Shown piece after piece: positions 1 through 9,962 of a DNA stretch of 64,000 nucleotides. Source of the stretch: Alphaproteobacteria bacterium. Its GTDB lineage: Bacteria; Pseudomonadota; Alphaproteobacteria; UBA7887. The number at the start of each line of letters is the position of its first letter. Within the stretch, counting starts at the first letter, position 1. The notes beneath the pieces were generated by a model. The model worked only from the letters and a program-made list of their open reading frames with translations, was not told the DNA's origin and ran no database searches. Location of the stretch: NCBI GenBank assembly GCA_965216755.1, contig CBDCGL010000011.1, positions 832,001-896,000 of the forward strand, in the 5' to 3' direction. The translations under genes and the position numbers were made by a program.

Positions 1-929
1 GCCTCGGCATCTGCGGTGTGCAGTGTCCCGGGACGCGTCGTATCCGCTGACTCAAGGCCGAGTTCCGCGCAAAGCTCATATTCTCTTTCGCCCGCATCAC
101 GAGCTTTGCCGAACGGATACGCAAAATGACGAACCGGCACGCCAACAGCCTGTTCGATCTGGTTACAGCAATTCGTGATTTCAGCCCGTGCTTCAGCATC
201 GCCAAGTTTCTTGAGTGCGCGATGCGTAACCGAGTGACCACCGAATTCGACAAGGCCGCTGTTCGCCATTTCGCGAGCCATGTCCCATGTCATGATCGCC
301 TTGTCCAAAATTTCGAACACATCGAGCCCGCTCGCTGCCGACAATTGACCCAAGACCAGCTCGATGTTCTTTTCTTGTCCCTTGAGCAGGTCCAGCAGTT
401 GTTGATAGACGCGCGTCTTTTGCGCCGCGGTGTGCGTTTGCCAATCAATGGATACGCCGCCGATTGTGCCGGCGATCCGATCGACCCGTGCGACAACTTC
501 TTCCACTGCAACTTCACGCGGCCAGGCCGTCCGCGCCAAGTACCCTGACGTCAAATACACAATCATCGGAGCATCGTTGCGGCGACAGATATCAAAGGCA
601 GCGTGATAGTTATCCGCGTAACCATCATCGAAGGTCAAGCAAACAAATTTTCGGTCGGGCTGACCAGCCATGAGCCGATGGACGGCCTCAGATTTGCTTA
701 CAATGTCGTAACCACCACCACGAAGGGCAGCGATCAAGTCCTCGAGAAATGCTGGATCAACCCGATATTCTGCGGCGGGATCGAAACCTTCGGCCGGTGC
801 AGCCCTCACCCGGTGAAACATGAGCAACGCACCGATACCGCCATAGAACGGCGCCACCACGCGATATGCTTTGGTTACGGTCATGCCACCAATCAGTGCC
901 CTGAAGACGGCGTTCCCAATGCGACTCAC
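1..929 (-). CDS. Polysaccharide deacetylase (NodB/CE4 family), 3' end outside window
   Basis: Not in the ORF track because it is open at the edge. Manual minus-strand translation from GTG at 929 (G-rich RBS upstream) gives GALLMFHRV, KFVCLTFDDGYADNY, MTWDMAREMANSGLVEFGGHSVTH and VRHFAYPFG, all in one frame. Confidence 0.9.
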   Translation of the reverse strand, partial: MSRIGNAVFRALIGGMTVTKAYRVVAPFYGGIGALLMFHRVRAAPAEGFDPAAEYRVDPAFLEDLIAALRGGGYDIVSKSEAVHRLMAGQPDRKFVCLTFDDGYADNYHAAFDICRRNDAPMIVYLTSGYLARTAWPREVAVEEVVARVDRIAGTIGGVSIDWQTHTAAQKTRVYQQLLDLLKGQEKNIELVLGQLSAASGLDVFEILDKAIMTWDMAREMANSGLVEFGGHSVTHRALKKLGDAEARAEITNCCNQIEQAVGVPVRHFAYPFGKARDAGEREYELCAELGLESADTTRPGTLHTADAE

Positions 930-1267
930 GATGTCCCCCTCACCCAGATGCCCGCGGCATCACAAATCGGATATTTATATGCAACTCAAAAAATCTTCCT
1001 GTCCAAAGCGCGCGCGTGTCTATCTTCTGAAGTAATTCGGCGGCGACCGGCTTACGGCGCGGCAATCGTGTTACACAGATTGTCGAAGCCAATACGCCGA
1101 AGAAAACTGGCAAGTACGGCGGCAAGACGTCAATATCTGCCCATCGACTCGTCCACATGTGCGCTGGTTGGTCAGGGTCACCTCTTTGGCCACGGATACA
1201 CGAAGATGCCTTATACTGCAAACTTCGTAGCGCTGGTTTAAGTGCCGCAAAAAGCGGAGATCCCATA

Positions 1268-2461
1268 GTGAAAATCCTTTTGGCACACAACTTTTACAAG
1301 TTTGCGGGTGGTGAAGATAGGGTATTTCATACAGAAGCCGACATGCTTGAGGCGCACGGTCACAAAGTAATTCGATATATACGCGACAACCAGTCCATTG
1401 ACGGTATGGATCGGCTCTCGCTGGCGCGCAAAACATTGTGGAACGCAGATACAATTCGGGAAGTTAAATCGCTGATTGGGCACGAACGGCCCGACATTGT
1501 TCATTGTCACAACACATTCCCTTTGATTTCGCCGACAATTTATTATGCCGCTATCCAATGCGGTGTACCGACGATCCAGACACTTCATAACTATCGCATA
1601 ATTTGCCCGCAAAGCTACCTTTTGCGCGATGACGCGTTTTGTACCGCCTGCGTCGGACGCAGCCTACCCTTCGCCGCGATACGGCATCGTTGTTACCGAA
1701 ACAGTGTCGCCGCCACCGCGACACTCGCGGCGATGATCGCACGCCATTGGCTGCAAAACACTTGGACTCGAAAAGTCAGTCAGTATATCGCGCTAAGTGC
1801 TTTCGCTAAGAAGATGTTTGTTCGTGGCGGATTGCCAGAAAATCGGATTCACATCAAACCCAATAGCGTGCCGGATCCAGGTCCCTTAGAGGGTGCGACA
1901 AATGAGCGAGGCGGTGCCTTATTTGTCGGTCGACTTAGTCCCGAAAAAGGAATTCGCACGCTTTTGGACGCATGGCGCAATCTCGACATGCCACTCGACA
2001 TATACGGCGAAGGTCCAATGGCCAAAGATGTGCACGCGGTCGCAAACCCTGTCATTCGCTACCACGGGCAACAGAGCCAAGCACGCATCCGTGACGCCAT
2101 GCGGCGCGCAGCCCTGTTGGTTTTGCCCTCAATTTGGCCGGAAGGATTTCCAATGGTAGTTTTGGAAGCCTTTGCGAATGGATTGCCCGTGATCGGGTCG
2201 GAAATCGGTTCTTTGCAAGAAATCATTCGTTCCGACATAACGGGGCAATTGTACCCGCCAGGCGATCCGGCGGCACTCGCGGCGACAGTCCGTCAAGCGA
2301 TCGACCAACCGGGTCAGTTGGCCGCAATGGGGGCTAACGCGCGCGAGGAGTATATGCAAAAATTCGCGCCAAACCGCAACTACGCGGCGCTTCTGTCAAT
2401 ATACCGTGATGCTTTGGCAGGCCAAAATAAGAAAGTCCAACATACTTTCAGAAAAATATAA
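1268..2461 (+). CDS. Glycosyltransferase family 4 (GT-B)
   Basis: KILLAHNFY..GGED N-terminus, FVGRLSPEKG, PSIWPEGFPMVVLEAFA; GTG start after GGAGA. Confidence 0.92.
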   Translation: MKILLAHNFYKFAGGEDRVFHTEADMLEAHGHKVIRYIRDNQSIDGMDRLSLARKTLWNADTIREVKSLIGHERPDIVHCHNTFPLISPTIYYAAIQCGVPTIQTLHNYRIICPQSYLLRDDAFCTACVGRSLPFAAIRHRCYRNSVAATATLAAMIARHWLQNTWTRKVSQYIALSAFAKKMFVRGGLPENRIHIKPNSVPDPGPLEGATNERGGALFVGRLSPEKGIRTLLDAWRNLDMPLDIYGEGPMAKDVHAVANPVIRYHGQQSQARIRDAMRRAALLVLPSIWPEGFPMVVLEAFANGLPVIGSEIGSLQEIIRSDITGQLYPPGDPAALAATVRQAIDQPGQLAAMGANAREEYMQKFAPNRNYAALLSIYRDALAGQNKKVQHTFRKI

Positions 2462-3377
2462 GCCCAACAACAAAGCCGACTCGATGCAGGCTCCTGCAAG
2501 TTGCTACAAGACGGCCGCGCCCTTGCTCTCTTGTGTCGGGCAAGTGACCGAAATTACGCAAGACCGCGATAGACATGCGCCAAACTGCACCGGCCAATTG
2601 CGTTATGGAAACCCGGCCGCGCTCGGCGCGATACATAACGGCATCTGTCACGCCTTGCCAATATGCGCGCCGCCGAAACCACATTTTGGTTAATCGGGTT
2701 ACCGGTATCTTGTGGTGAACCACGGCAGCTGGGACGTAATAAACTCTTTGTCCATTTGCCTCAATCCGTCGGCGCACGAAAGTCTCTTCACCCGAAAGCA
2801 GGTTGTGACCGCGGCGCCCTAGGATCGCTGGAAACCCACCAACTGCCCTCAATGTATCACAGAGAAATGCCATGTTTGCGCCAGCGATCCACTGGTCGCG
2901 CCGCAACACAATCGGTACCGGGGACCAGTCGACCACGGACAAGTAGCCAGCAAGCTCGTCGGAGAGCCAAACCGGCCGCGGCGCCTGCCACAGGGGATCG
3001 ACTTTTCCCGATATGCATGCGATCCCATCCGCGCCGCTCTCAAAAGCTGAAACAATTTCGAGCAACCACTGATCGTCCGCGATGGCGTCATCATCGAGAA
3101 ATGCAATATACCGCCCAGAGGACTCTCGAATGCCCGCGTTGCGCGCGTGCGACAATCCCAACGTCGGTTCGCGCACATATCGCAATTGTGACGCATTCGC
3201 GTACTTTTCACGGATAACGGTCTCGGTCTCATCCCGCGACGCATTGTCGACGACAACGACCTCAAAAATGTCTGGCGCAACATCCTGTGAAAGTACGCTA
3301 TCGATGGCGTCCACGACATCGTTACACCGGTCGTGGGTACAGATGACAACAGAGATTTTTGGTGCGTTCGTTGCCAT
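2448..3377 (-). CDS. Glycosyltransferase family 2
   Basis: ISVVICTHDR, VVVVDNAS, GLSHARNAG, IAFLDDD, GANMAF, SGEE motifs. Confidence 0.92.
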   Translation of the reverse strand: MATNAPKISVVICTHDRCNDVVDAIDSVLSQDVAPDIFEVVVVDNASRDETETVIREKYANASQLRYVREPTLGLSHARNAGIRESSGRYIAFLDDDAIADDQWLLEIVSAFESGADGIACISGKVDPLWQAPRPVWLSDELAGYLSVVDWSPVPIVLRRDQWIAGANMAFLCDTLRAVGGFPAILGRRGHNLLSGEETFVRRRIEANGQRVYYVPAAVVHHKIPVTRLTKMWFRRRAYWQGVTDAVMYRAERGRVSITQLAGAVWRMSIAVLRNFGHLPDTREQGRGRLVATCRSLHRVGFVVGLIFF

Positions 3378-3417
3378 GTACACCAAGGATCTCAGTGGAT
3401 TGCGTGTTTGGATGCGG

Positions 3418-4716
3418 TCACGAGTCTACAGCAGCAAAAGCAGTGCCGCGCGAATTTTGCGATGAGATCGCCGCGATACGATCGACCGCATTTCGAACTT
3501 TGTCGCCGACGACACGCCAGGAGTACAAATTGTTAACCAAGTTCTTGGCTTGCTCGACACGTTGCAAAGTGCCATCCGGATCCGACCACGTCCGCACTAA
3601 GGCCTGAACAATCTCACTCGGAGAATTGGCGATCAAAAGGTGTTTGCCATCCTCGACCTCGATACCTTCGGCGCCCTTTGTTGTGCTCACCACCGGCCTT
3701 CGGTGCGCAAACGCCTCAAGAATCTTTAGGCGCGTACCGCCGCCGCTGAACATCGGCACCACGATAACGGATGCGTTACGAAAGAACACGTCCATGTCTT
3801 TTACCGGCCCGGTCACCGTCACGTTGGCATACTTCGCCGCGCGGCTCATCAGTCGTGGCCTTGGTCCGCGTCCCGCCAACACCAGATCGGCATTCGGTAT
3901 ACGCGACCGCAAATCATTCCAACAATGTTCAAGAAAATAACTTGCACCAAAATCATTTGGATCATAACTAAAATCAGCGGGAAACAATATAGTATGATTC
4001 TTGGGCAAAATGTTCTCCCGACCAATTGAATGTTCGTCTGCCGTCGAGACGTCGATTGCGTTGGGAATGAGAATCACCTCGCCTGTTTGGCCATAAAGTT
4101 GGCGAAACAGGTCACGGTCATTTTCGCTACAAGCCCAAATTTGGACCGCATTCCTGATAAGTCGCTTCTCAAGATTATGGGCAATCTCGTTTACGCGCTT
4201 GGCGCCATTGTCGCGTCCTGATAGATCGACGTCCATGGCATAAGCGTCAACATTGTGCGAAATATAAACGATGGGCTTCTGAAGCTCGACCGCCGCCGGC
4301 AGGTAATTGGCCGTACGTGATTCGTCAAACAAAACCAAGCTCGGATTACAATTTCGTATATGCGCCCCAATTTCGCGGAGCCGAGCCCGTGGAAACAGGT
4401 CTCGCCTGAACATTTTCAACCCGAGTTTGCCGGCAACACGCAACCGAAACGGATACTGCGATGGATAGAGGCCCCATTTGGCCTCTTTTGGCAAAGCGGC
4501 AGGATCCGCCCCGCGTACGAAGGGACCAATACACAATGTTGTCAATGTGCAGTGCCGCATAAGAGCAGACACGATCTGTCGCGTCCGCATAGAGGCGCCG
4601 CCCGCCGCTGGAAAAGGAACGCGCGTCGTCAGCAAAAGAACGTCCGTCATACGCATGCGCCCGCCAAGGCCACGGGTAAAATCTCGGTGACGGGTGAGCA
4701 TTGAATTTGCATCCAA
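3418..4716 (-). CDS. Glycosyltransferase family 4 (start may be 4656 or 4650)
   Basis: VVPMFSGGGTRLKILEAFAHRRPVVSTTKGAEGI GT4 C-terminal motif. Confidence 0.9.
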   Translation of the reverse strand: MDANSMLTRHRDFTRGLGGRMRMTDVLLLTTRVPFPAAGGASMRTRQIVSALMRHCTLTTLCIGPFVRGADPAALPKEAKWGLYPSQYPFRLRVAGKLGLKMFRRDLFPRARLREIGAHIRNCNPSLVLFDESRTANYLPAAVELQKPIVYISHNVDAYAMDVDLSGRDNGAKRVNEIAHNLEKRLIRNAVQIWACSENDRDLFRQLYGQTGEVILIPNAIDVSTADEHSIGRENILPKNHTILFPADFSYDPNDFGASYFLEHCWNDLRSRIPNADLVLAGRGPRPRLMSRAAKYANVTVTGPVKDMDVFFRNASVIVVPMFSGGGTRLKILEAFAHRRPVVSTTKGAEGIEVEDGKHLLIANSPSEIVQALVRTWSDPDGTLQRVEQAKNLVNNLYSWRVVGDKVRNAVDRIAAISSQNSRGTAFAAVDS

Positions 4717-5148
4717 TGTAACTGAAAAACCACATCGACCCGTAGTTCAATCATGGAGAAAAGCCGCCTAGATTGTCATCGTGACTCAACCTAATCTCGA
4801 ATTCTCGTGAACAAGTAATCAAGAATGAACGACTGTCTTGCCAGAATTGTTGCTGCAAGAACCTTGGACGCCATCCAATATTCATTTTTCTTGCCTGAAA
4901 CGATATTCGAGAACTTGATCGCCCTCGCTTTTTCGTTTGATATACGATTCCGGTGACATTGGCAATCAGGTCGGTGCGCGATAATCGGCTATCTACATTC
5001 CGCCTGTACGCGCCACAAATCGAGCTTGTGGTTCGCCGTGATGCCTCATAGAAGTTGGCAACTTTGCGCACTGGGCCAACCGGCAAACCTTGCGTCATCC
5101 GATTGTTCTTACTAAATTTCGACATCTTTCACGGCTGAGTTGCAAAGT

Positions 5149-5919
5149 ATGTATTGGCCAAGAATTACCATTGTCACGCCATCGTTTAACCATGGCGCTT
5201 TTTTGGAAGCGACAATAAGAAGTGTACGTGACCAAGAATACCCAAATTTGGAACATATATTGGTAGACGGCGGTTCTACCGATCAGACAAGTGATATTAT
5301 TGCGCGATATCATGACTATTTTGCGATCGCCATCAGCGAACCCGATAATGGTCAGACTGACGCGCTGATGAAGGGCTTTGCCCTTTCCACAGGCGATATT
5401 CAGGGTTGGTTGTGCTCGGATGACATGCTGGAGCCGAATTGCCTACATGACGTCGCGCAGTACTTTGCCCAAAATCCAAACGCTGATGTCGTGTACGGGG
5501 ATGCGACATGGATTGACGTGGCCGGTGCCAGCATTCGCCGTAAACGCGAACATGCCTTCTCTCGTTTCATTTGGATGTACGATCATAATTTTATACCCCA
5601 ACCCTCGACATTTTGGCGACGCCGTTTGTATCAGAAGGTCGGCGGACTGGATTCGCGATTTGACCTCGCGATGGATGCGGATCTGTTTGTTAGATTTTCT
5701 GACGTCACGCAATTGCATCACGTACGGCGACTTTGGTCTCGCATGCGGCTATATCCGGAGCAGAAAAATCAACGGTTGCGTGACGTTAGCAATCGCGAGG
5801 ACGATACGATACGCCGGCGCCAGCTTGGACCCGACTATCGCAAGTTCTGGCTTTTCAAGCACCTCGCCGCCAAAAGCTTGCGCGTTAGTCTGAAGTTCAG
5901 CACAGGATGCTATTGGTAG
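5149..5919 (+). CDS. Glycosyltransferase family 2 (WcaE/WfgS-like)
   Basis: ITIVTPSFN, LVDGGSTD, SEPDNGQ.DA..KG, WLCSDD, QPSTFWRR. Confidence 0.92.
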   Translation: MYWPRITIVTPSFNHGAFLEATIRSVRDQEYPNLEHILVDGGSTDQTSDIIARYHDYFAIAISEPDNGQTDALMKGFALSTGDIQGWLCSDDMLEPNCLHDVAQYFAQNPNADVVYGDATWIDVAGASIRRKREHAFSRFIWMYDHNFIPQPSTFWRRRLYQKVGGLDSRFDLAMDADLFVRFSDVTQLHHVRRLWSRMRLYPEQKNQRLRDVSNREDDTIRRRQLGPDYRKFWLFKHLAAKSLRVSLKFSTGCYW

Positions 5920-6099
5920 TGTGCCGCCGGAACGCAACGTCAATGTGCTTGAAGAGTGCACTGGGCCATTGACGAGCGCCTGGATCTCACATGATCCTTT
6001 GTGTCTTTGAGTGACTTTTGACTGTATCGACCCAATTCGCGTAGCAGCGCGGCGGTCCACACGAAGGGCAGCGCGGCCCGATACCCGGGGTAAGCGAGG

Positions 6100-6245
6100 A
6101 GTCGGCGCCCCGCGCCGGCACCTGTGCGCCAAGGTGGTAGTGCGAAGAACTCGCAACAGAGGAGACGTCCGTGGAAAAGGTTAGCACGGTTGGGATTGAT
6201 CCGGCGAGGCAGCTGTCTCAGATACATGTCGCGGCGGACAATAGC
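6100..6245 (+). mobile_element. IS110-family remnant (5' non-coding end plus first ~25 codons)
   Basis: MEKVSTVGIDPARQLSQIH resembles the IS110 DEDD transposase N-terminus (TIGIDLAKxxFQxH); RBS GAGGAG before GTG at 6171. Confidence 0.6.
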
Positions 6246-6254
6246 GCATGTCAG

Positions 6255-6644
6255 AGCCCCCAACCGAACCGCCAGCGCATCTATCGACTCATGACGCGAC
6301 TTGGTTTGTTGCTGCGCAAATCGTCTGAATGTCGTGACAGCCGGGGCATCAGCGGTTCGGACGTGCGCGACTTCGGCGTGGCACTCAATTTGGAACCGTG
6401 TTTCACGCTGGTCGCCAGTCCCGAAAGCAACGGTGTGACTGAGGCATTTGTGAAAACCATCAAGTGCCATTACGTCCGCCTCATTCAGACACAGGACGCC
6501 AAAACCGCGCTTAAAAAGAAGGGCACCGGATGGTTTGAGGACTGCAACGAAAACCATCCACATTCCGGACTTAGATTGAAATCGCCCTGCGAATCCCGAC
6601 CCGAAACACATGGCCGCTTATCCGCAAAAACGTGGGCAGCTCCA
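6255..6644 (+). mobile_element. IS3-family (IS2-group) OrfB remnant with degenerate right end
   Basis: NRQRIYRLM..LGLLL and LEPCFTLVASPESNGVTEAFVKTIK...WFEDCNENHPHSGLRLKSP match IS2 InsD-type segments; most of the DDE core is missing; TCCGCAAAAACGTGGGCAGCTCCA ending at 6644 looks like a terminal repeat. Confidence 0.8.
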
Positions 6645-6885
6645 CATCTCAAGCGACAATTTGAGGCGCAATGAAGACCTGAAATCGATCCAAGCACACC
6701 TCAGTGTAAAGAATCCGAAACATGACGTTTCGAATAAACTAATAGTATAATATTTTAAGGTAATACGTGAGAATTTTTGATAAATTATTCATAATACACT
6801 TCCAAATTTTGTGCTTTTGTACACCCTAGGGTTTGAGTTGGCTGAGTTGATAAAGGAAACGCCATTTGCTGCGAGATAAATCCGA

Positions 6886-8493
6886 GTGAATCACAACGCT
6901 CGGCCACAGGGCGTTGATAACCTTGGGATTTCGGAAAACCAAGGGACTTTCAGCGACACACTGGAACACGGGATGGTGAGAGTGGAGGAATTGGCGCGGA
7001 AGAAATCGGCGGGGCTGGATGCACGGCCCCTGGGTGATGGATGGACGCGAAAGTTGCGTCTGGCGTCAGCCGATGGTCTTGCTGTGCGTCAATTTCGGGA
7101 GCGCTACTGGGCCGGGTTAATAATGTTGGCCGCGGACATCGTGGCAATGCAGTTGGCGCTGCAACTTGGCATCCAAGCGCGCCTGGTGTTTGCGGCGATC
7201 CGGCCGGTGGAGCTGGTTTCGAGCACTGTGTCGGGGATGCATGTGGCCGTGATCGCAGTTCCGCTTGTCCTGTGGATCATGGGATTGACGCCGGGCTATG
7301 GTGTGGGGCCGGTGGAGCGGATCCGGCGGCGGTTCTATGTGACATTGTTTGTCTTCTCATGTTTTTTCGCGTGGGACTACTTTCTGCAAGGGAACAGCTG
7401 GTCGCGAGGAGTCTTGATTGCAACCTTGGTGAGCGCTGCGATATTGCTGCCGGTGATGGAAGCGGTGGTGCGGCATATCCTGATTCGCTGGGGCGTATGG
7501 GGTGTGCCGGTGATGTTGATTGTCAACGAGCGCTCGCGGCCGGAACTGTTAGAGCGGATCAATGGTGACCCAACAGTGGGTTTGGTGCCGATCGGCTTGC
7601 TGCTGGAAGACGGTGCGGCGGTGCCAGAAGGGTTCGACGGCCTACCGGTGATGGCGACGACGGCGACGACGGATATGCGTCGTTGGAAGGTTCGCTCTGC
7701 AATATTGGATTTGCCTGACCGGACACCGGAAAGTCTAGCGAGTCTGATATTGCGGTTGCCTTTTGAGAAAGTGTTTATGGTGCCAGCGCTACATGGTCTA
7801 CAAAGCCTGTGCATCACGACGCGCGATTTGGGCGGCTTGTTGGCCCTGCAAGTCGACAACAATCTGCGCCAGCGTCACAGCTTGATCACGAAGATGGTGC
7901 TTGACTATACGTTTGGTGCGCTTGCATTTTTATTTAGCTTACCACTGATGTTACTGTCGGCCTTAGCGATCCGCTGCGTGGACGGAGGTTCACCGTTTTA
8001 TGCCCAAGAACGTGAAGGTTTGGGCGGCAAGGCGTTCCGGATGTGGAAGCTGCGGACAATGTATCGGGACGCCGAGGCGCGTCTGGAGCAACATCTGTGC
8101 CACAATCCGGCGGCCCGGGCGGAGTGGAATCGCTATATGAAGCTGCGCGACGATCCGCGCGTATTGCCGTTTGTTGGGAAACTGTTGCGCAAAACCAGTT
8201 TGGATGAACTGCCGCAATTGTGGAACGTGCTGCGCGGTGAGATGAGCCTGGTGGGGCCGCGCCCCTTTCCGGACTACCATCTGAAGAAGTTTGACAAAAC
8301 GTTTCGGGAGTTCCGGTGCCAAGTTAAGCCGGGATTGACCGGTTTGTGGCAGGTGAGCGCGCGCAGCGATGGCGACTTGTCAGTGCAACAAGACCTGGAC
8401 ACGTACTTCATTCGTAATTGGTCGGTGTGGCTGGATCTCTATTTGCTGTTGCGAACCGTCACCGCCGTGTCCAGCCGCCGCGGTGCCAGGTAG
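6886..8493 (+). CDS. wbaP: Undecaprenyl-phosphate sugar phosphotransferase (WbaP/WcaJ family priming transferase); start may be 6973
   Basis: Several N-terminal TM segments; C-terminal [59 protein letters not shown]. Confidence 0.9.
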   Translation: MNHNARPQGVDNLGISENQGTFSDTLEHGMVRVEELARKKSAGLDARPLGDGWTRKLRLASADGLAVRQFRERYWAGLIMLAADIVAMQLALQLGIQARLVFAAIRPVELVSSTVSGMHVAVIAVPLVLWIMGLTPGYGVGPVERIRRRFYVTLFVFSCFFAWDYFLQGNSWSRGVLIATLVSAAILLPVMEAVVRHILIRWGVWGVPVMLIVNERSRPELLERINGDPTVGLVPIGLLLEDGAAVPEGFDGLPVMATTATTDMRRWKVRSAILDLPDRTPESLASLILRLPFEKVFMVPALHGLQSLCITTRDLGGLLALQVDNNLRQRHSLITKMVLDYTFGALAFLFSLPLMLLSALAIRCVDGGSPFYAQEREGLGGKAFRMWKLRTMYRDAEARLEQHLCHNPAARAEWNRYMKLRDDPRVLPFVGKLLRKTSLDELPQLWNVLRGEMSLVGPRPFPDYHLKKFDKTFREFRCQVKPGLTGLWQVSARSDGDLSVQQDLDTYFIRNWSVWLDLYLLLRTVTAVSSRRGAR

Positions 8494-8679
8494 ACCGACT
8501 GGCACGGCTCCGAGAGACACTGGAATTCAAACTCATCGCCGCGTCATGGCAGAAATGCGCGCGCCTATCGGCTGTCAGGCGGGAGGGGAGCACACCAAAT
8601 TGCGCCTGTAATTGGCGCGGATTCGCGTTGGAACCAAACTCAATTGGACCCCAGCGAGATTTTTCGGGAGGACAATCAC

Positions 8680-9858
8680 ATGGGACGATTGACCAGACGG
8701 CAGATGCTGGTGGGTTACCCACCGGCCCTCGCGATGGCGAGTGCAACAACGGTGTGGGCGGATGAGCGCACAGTCGTCGCGGACGCCACAAATGATTCAA
8801 TGCTGGAATCGGATCAGACCGGCGAACTCGTCATCAAACTTTGGGAAAAACCCTACGAAGTTCACTCCGAGAACGATCCCACAGCAAATGTTGAGGCGAT
8901 CAATGCTGCCATTGGAAGAGTCACCCGGACGAGTGTCGGTCGCACGGATAGAAACGAGCGTGGCCTGCCGCTATTTCCGCGCGGTGAAATGACGCCGGCA
9001 ACGATATTGTTTCCCCGCGGACGCATTTTGATCAACGCGCCAATCAAGTGGCGCACCGGCGCCGAATTGCGCGGTTTTGCACCCAGTCCAGCGGCATGGT
9101 GGCATGGTAGCGAGTTGTTTTTGGTTGATGGGTCCAACTGCAATATGATCGAAACCGTGCCCGAAAAAGATGACTGGATACATTGGGCACGACTAACCAA
9201 TTTGCGACTTGACGGAAACAAGCGTGGTCAAACTCCTGGGTCGGGCAGTTGCATTTATGTTCACAGATCTGGCGAGTGCACGGTCATTGATAGAGTCCAG
9301 GCCAAGAATGGCGCGAACTATAATATCCACTTCGGTGGCCCCGGCGAGCACGCGCCAATTATGGTACGGGATTGCAGTACGTTTCATGGCCACAATGGCC
9401 AATACCTGATCGAAGGAGGCGGCCGGGCGTCGATCTTGTCGCCCTCCGGAGACCAAGTCGCCGACAACCCTGATAAGCCATTTTTTCACCTACGGTCGAA
9501 CGGAAGTGGCTGTATTCACGTGTCCTCGCCGAAATTGGAGGGGCCGCAGCGCCTTCTGGATGTTGACATACCGCCAGACGACTTCGACAGGGCTCAGCCA
9601 TCAATTAGCGTCTACGATGGCGGCGCAAATGGATTGGCACATGGTGGTATTCAATTAAGCGAGTTTATCCGGATTCTAGGCGGCCATCCGGCAATTCTCC
9701 TGTCTCAGACGTCTGCGTACGGATATTCGAACCTTTTGACGGACTATATGCGTGGCAAATCGATACCCCTTCTCGGGGCTGGCGCAGATCAGACACAGGG
9801 ACTATTTACGTATCGGGTACGCGTACGCCACTATGATCTCAACGGTGACCCAATCTAA
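8680..9858 (+). CDS. Tat-exported protein with pectate-lyase-like (right-handed beta-helix) fold
   Basis: ATG at 8680 after GGGAGG; MGRLTRRQML twin-arginine motif and VWA cleavage site; AINAAI...TILFPRGRILINAPI...AELRG cap and NLRLDGN typical of pectate_lyase_3/GH28/GH55-like proteins. Confidence 0.65.
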   Translation: MGRLTRRQMLVGYPPALAMASATTVWADERTVVADATNDSMLESDQTGELVIKLWEKPYEVHSENDPTANVEAINAAIGRVTRTSVGRTDRNERGLPLFPRGEMTPATILFPRGRILINAPIKWRTGAELRGFAPSPAAWWHGSELFLVDGSNCNMIETVPEKDDWIHWARLTNLRLDGNKRGQTPGSGSCIYVHRSGECTVIDRVQAKNGANYNIHFGGPGEHAPIMVRDCSTFHGHNGQYLIEGGGRASILSPSGDQVADNPDKPFFHLRSNGSGCIHVSSPKLEGPQRLLDVDIPPDDFDRAQPSISVYDGGANGLAHGGIQLSEFIRILGGHPAILLSQTSAYGYSNLLTDYMRGKSIPLLGAGADQTQGLFTYRVRVRHYDLNGDPI

Positions 9859-9962
9859 CGAGATGTATCGAGTTCTGGGGCGGGCGGTGACATGCAATCA
9901 AGATGCAAGGGCTATCAACCACCCTTGCATTTGAAAAAGGCGCGTGCCCTTCAAGAGATTTC

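Noticed and set aside
126-1241. Plus-strand ORFs 126-548 and 603-1241
   Set aside because: Antisense shadows of the minus-strand deacetylase, which carries clear family motifs.
5905-5935. TATTGGTAG resembling a JUMPstart/ops element
   Set aside because: It is simply the YW-stop end of the GT2 gene; no GGCGGTAG ops core follows.
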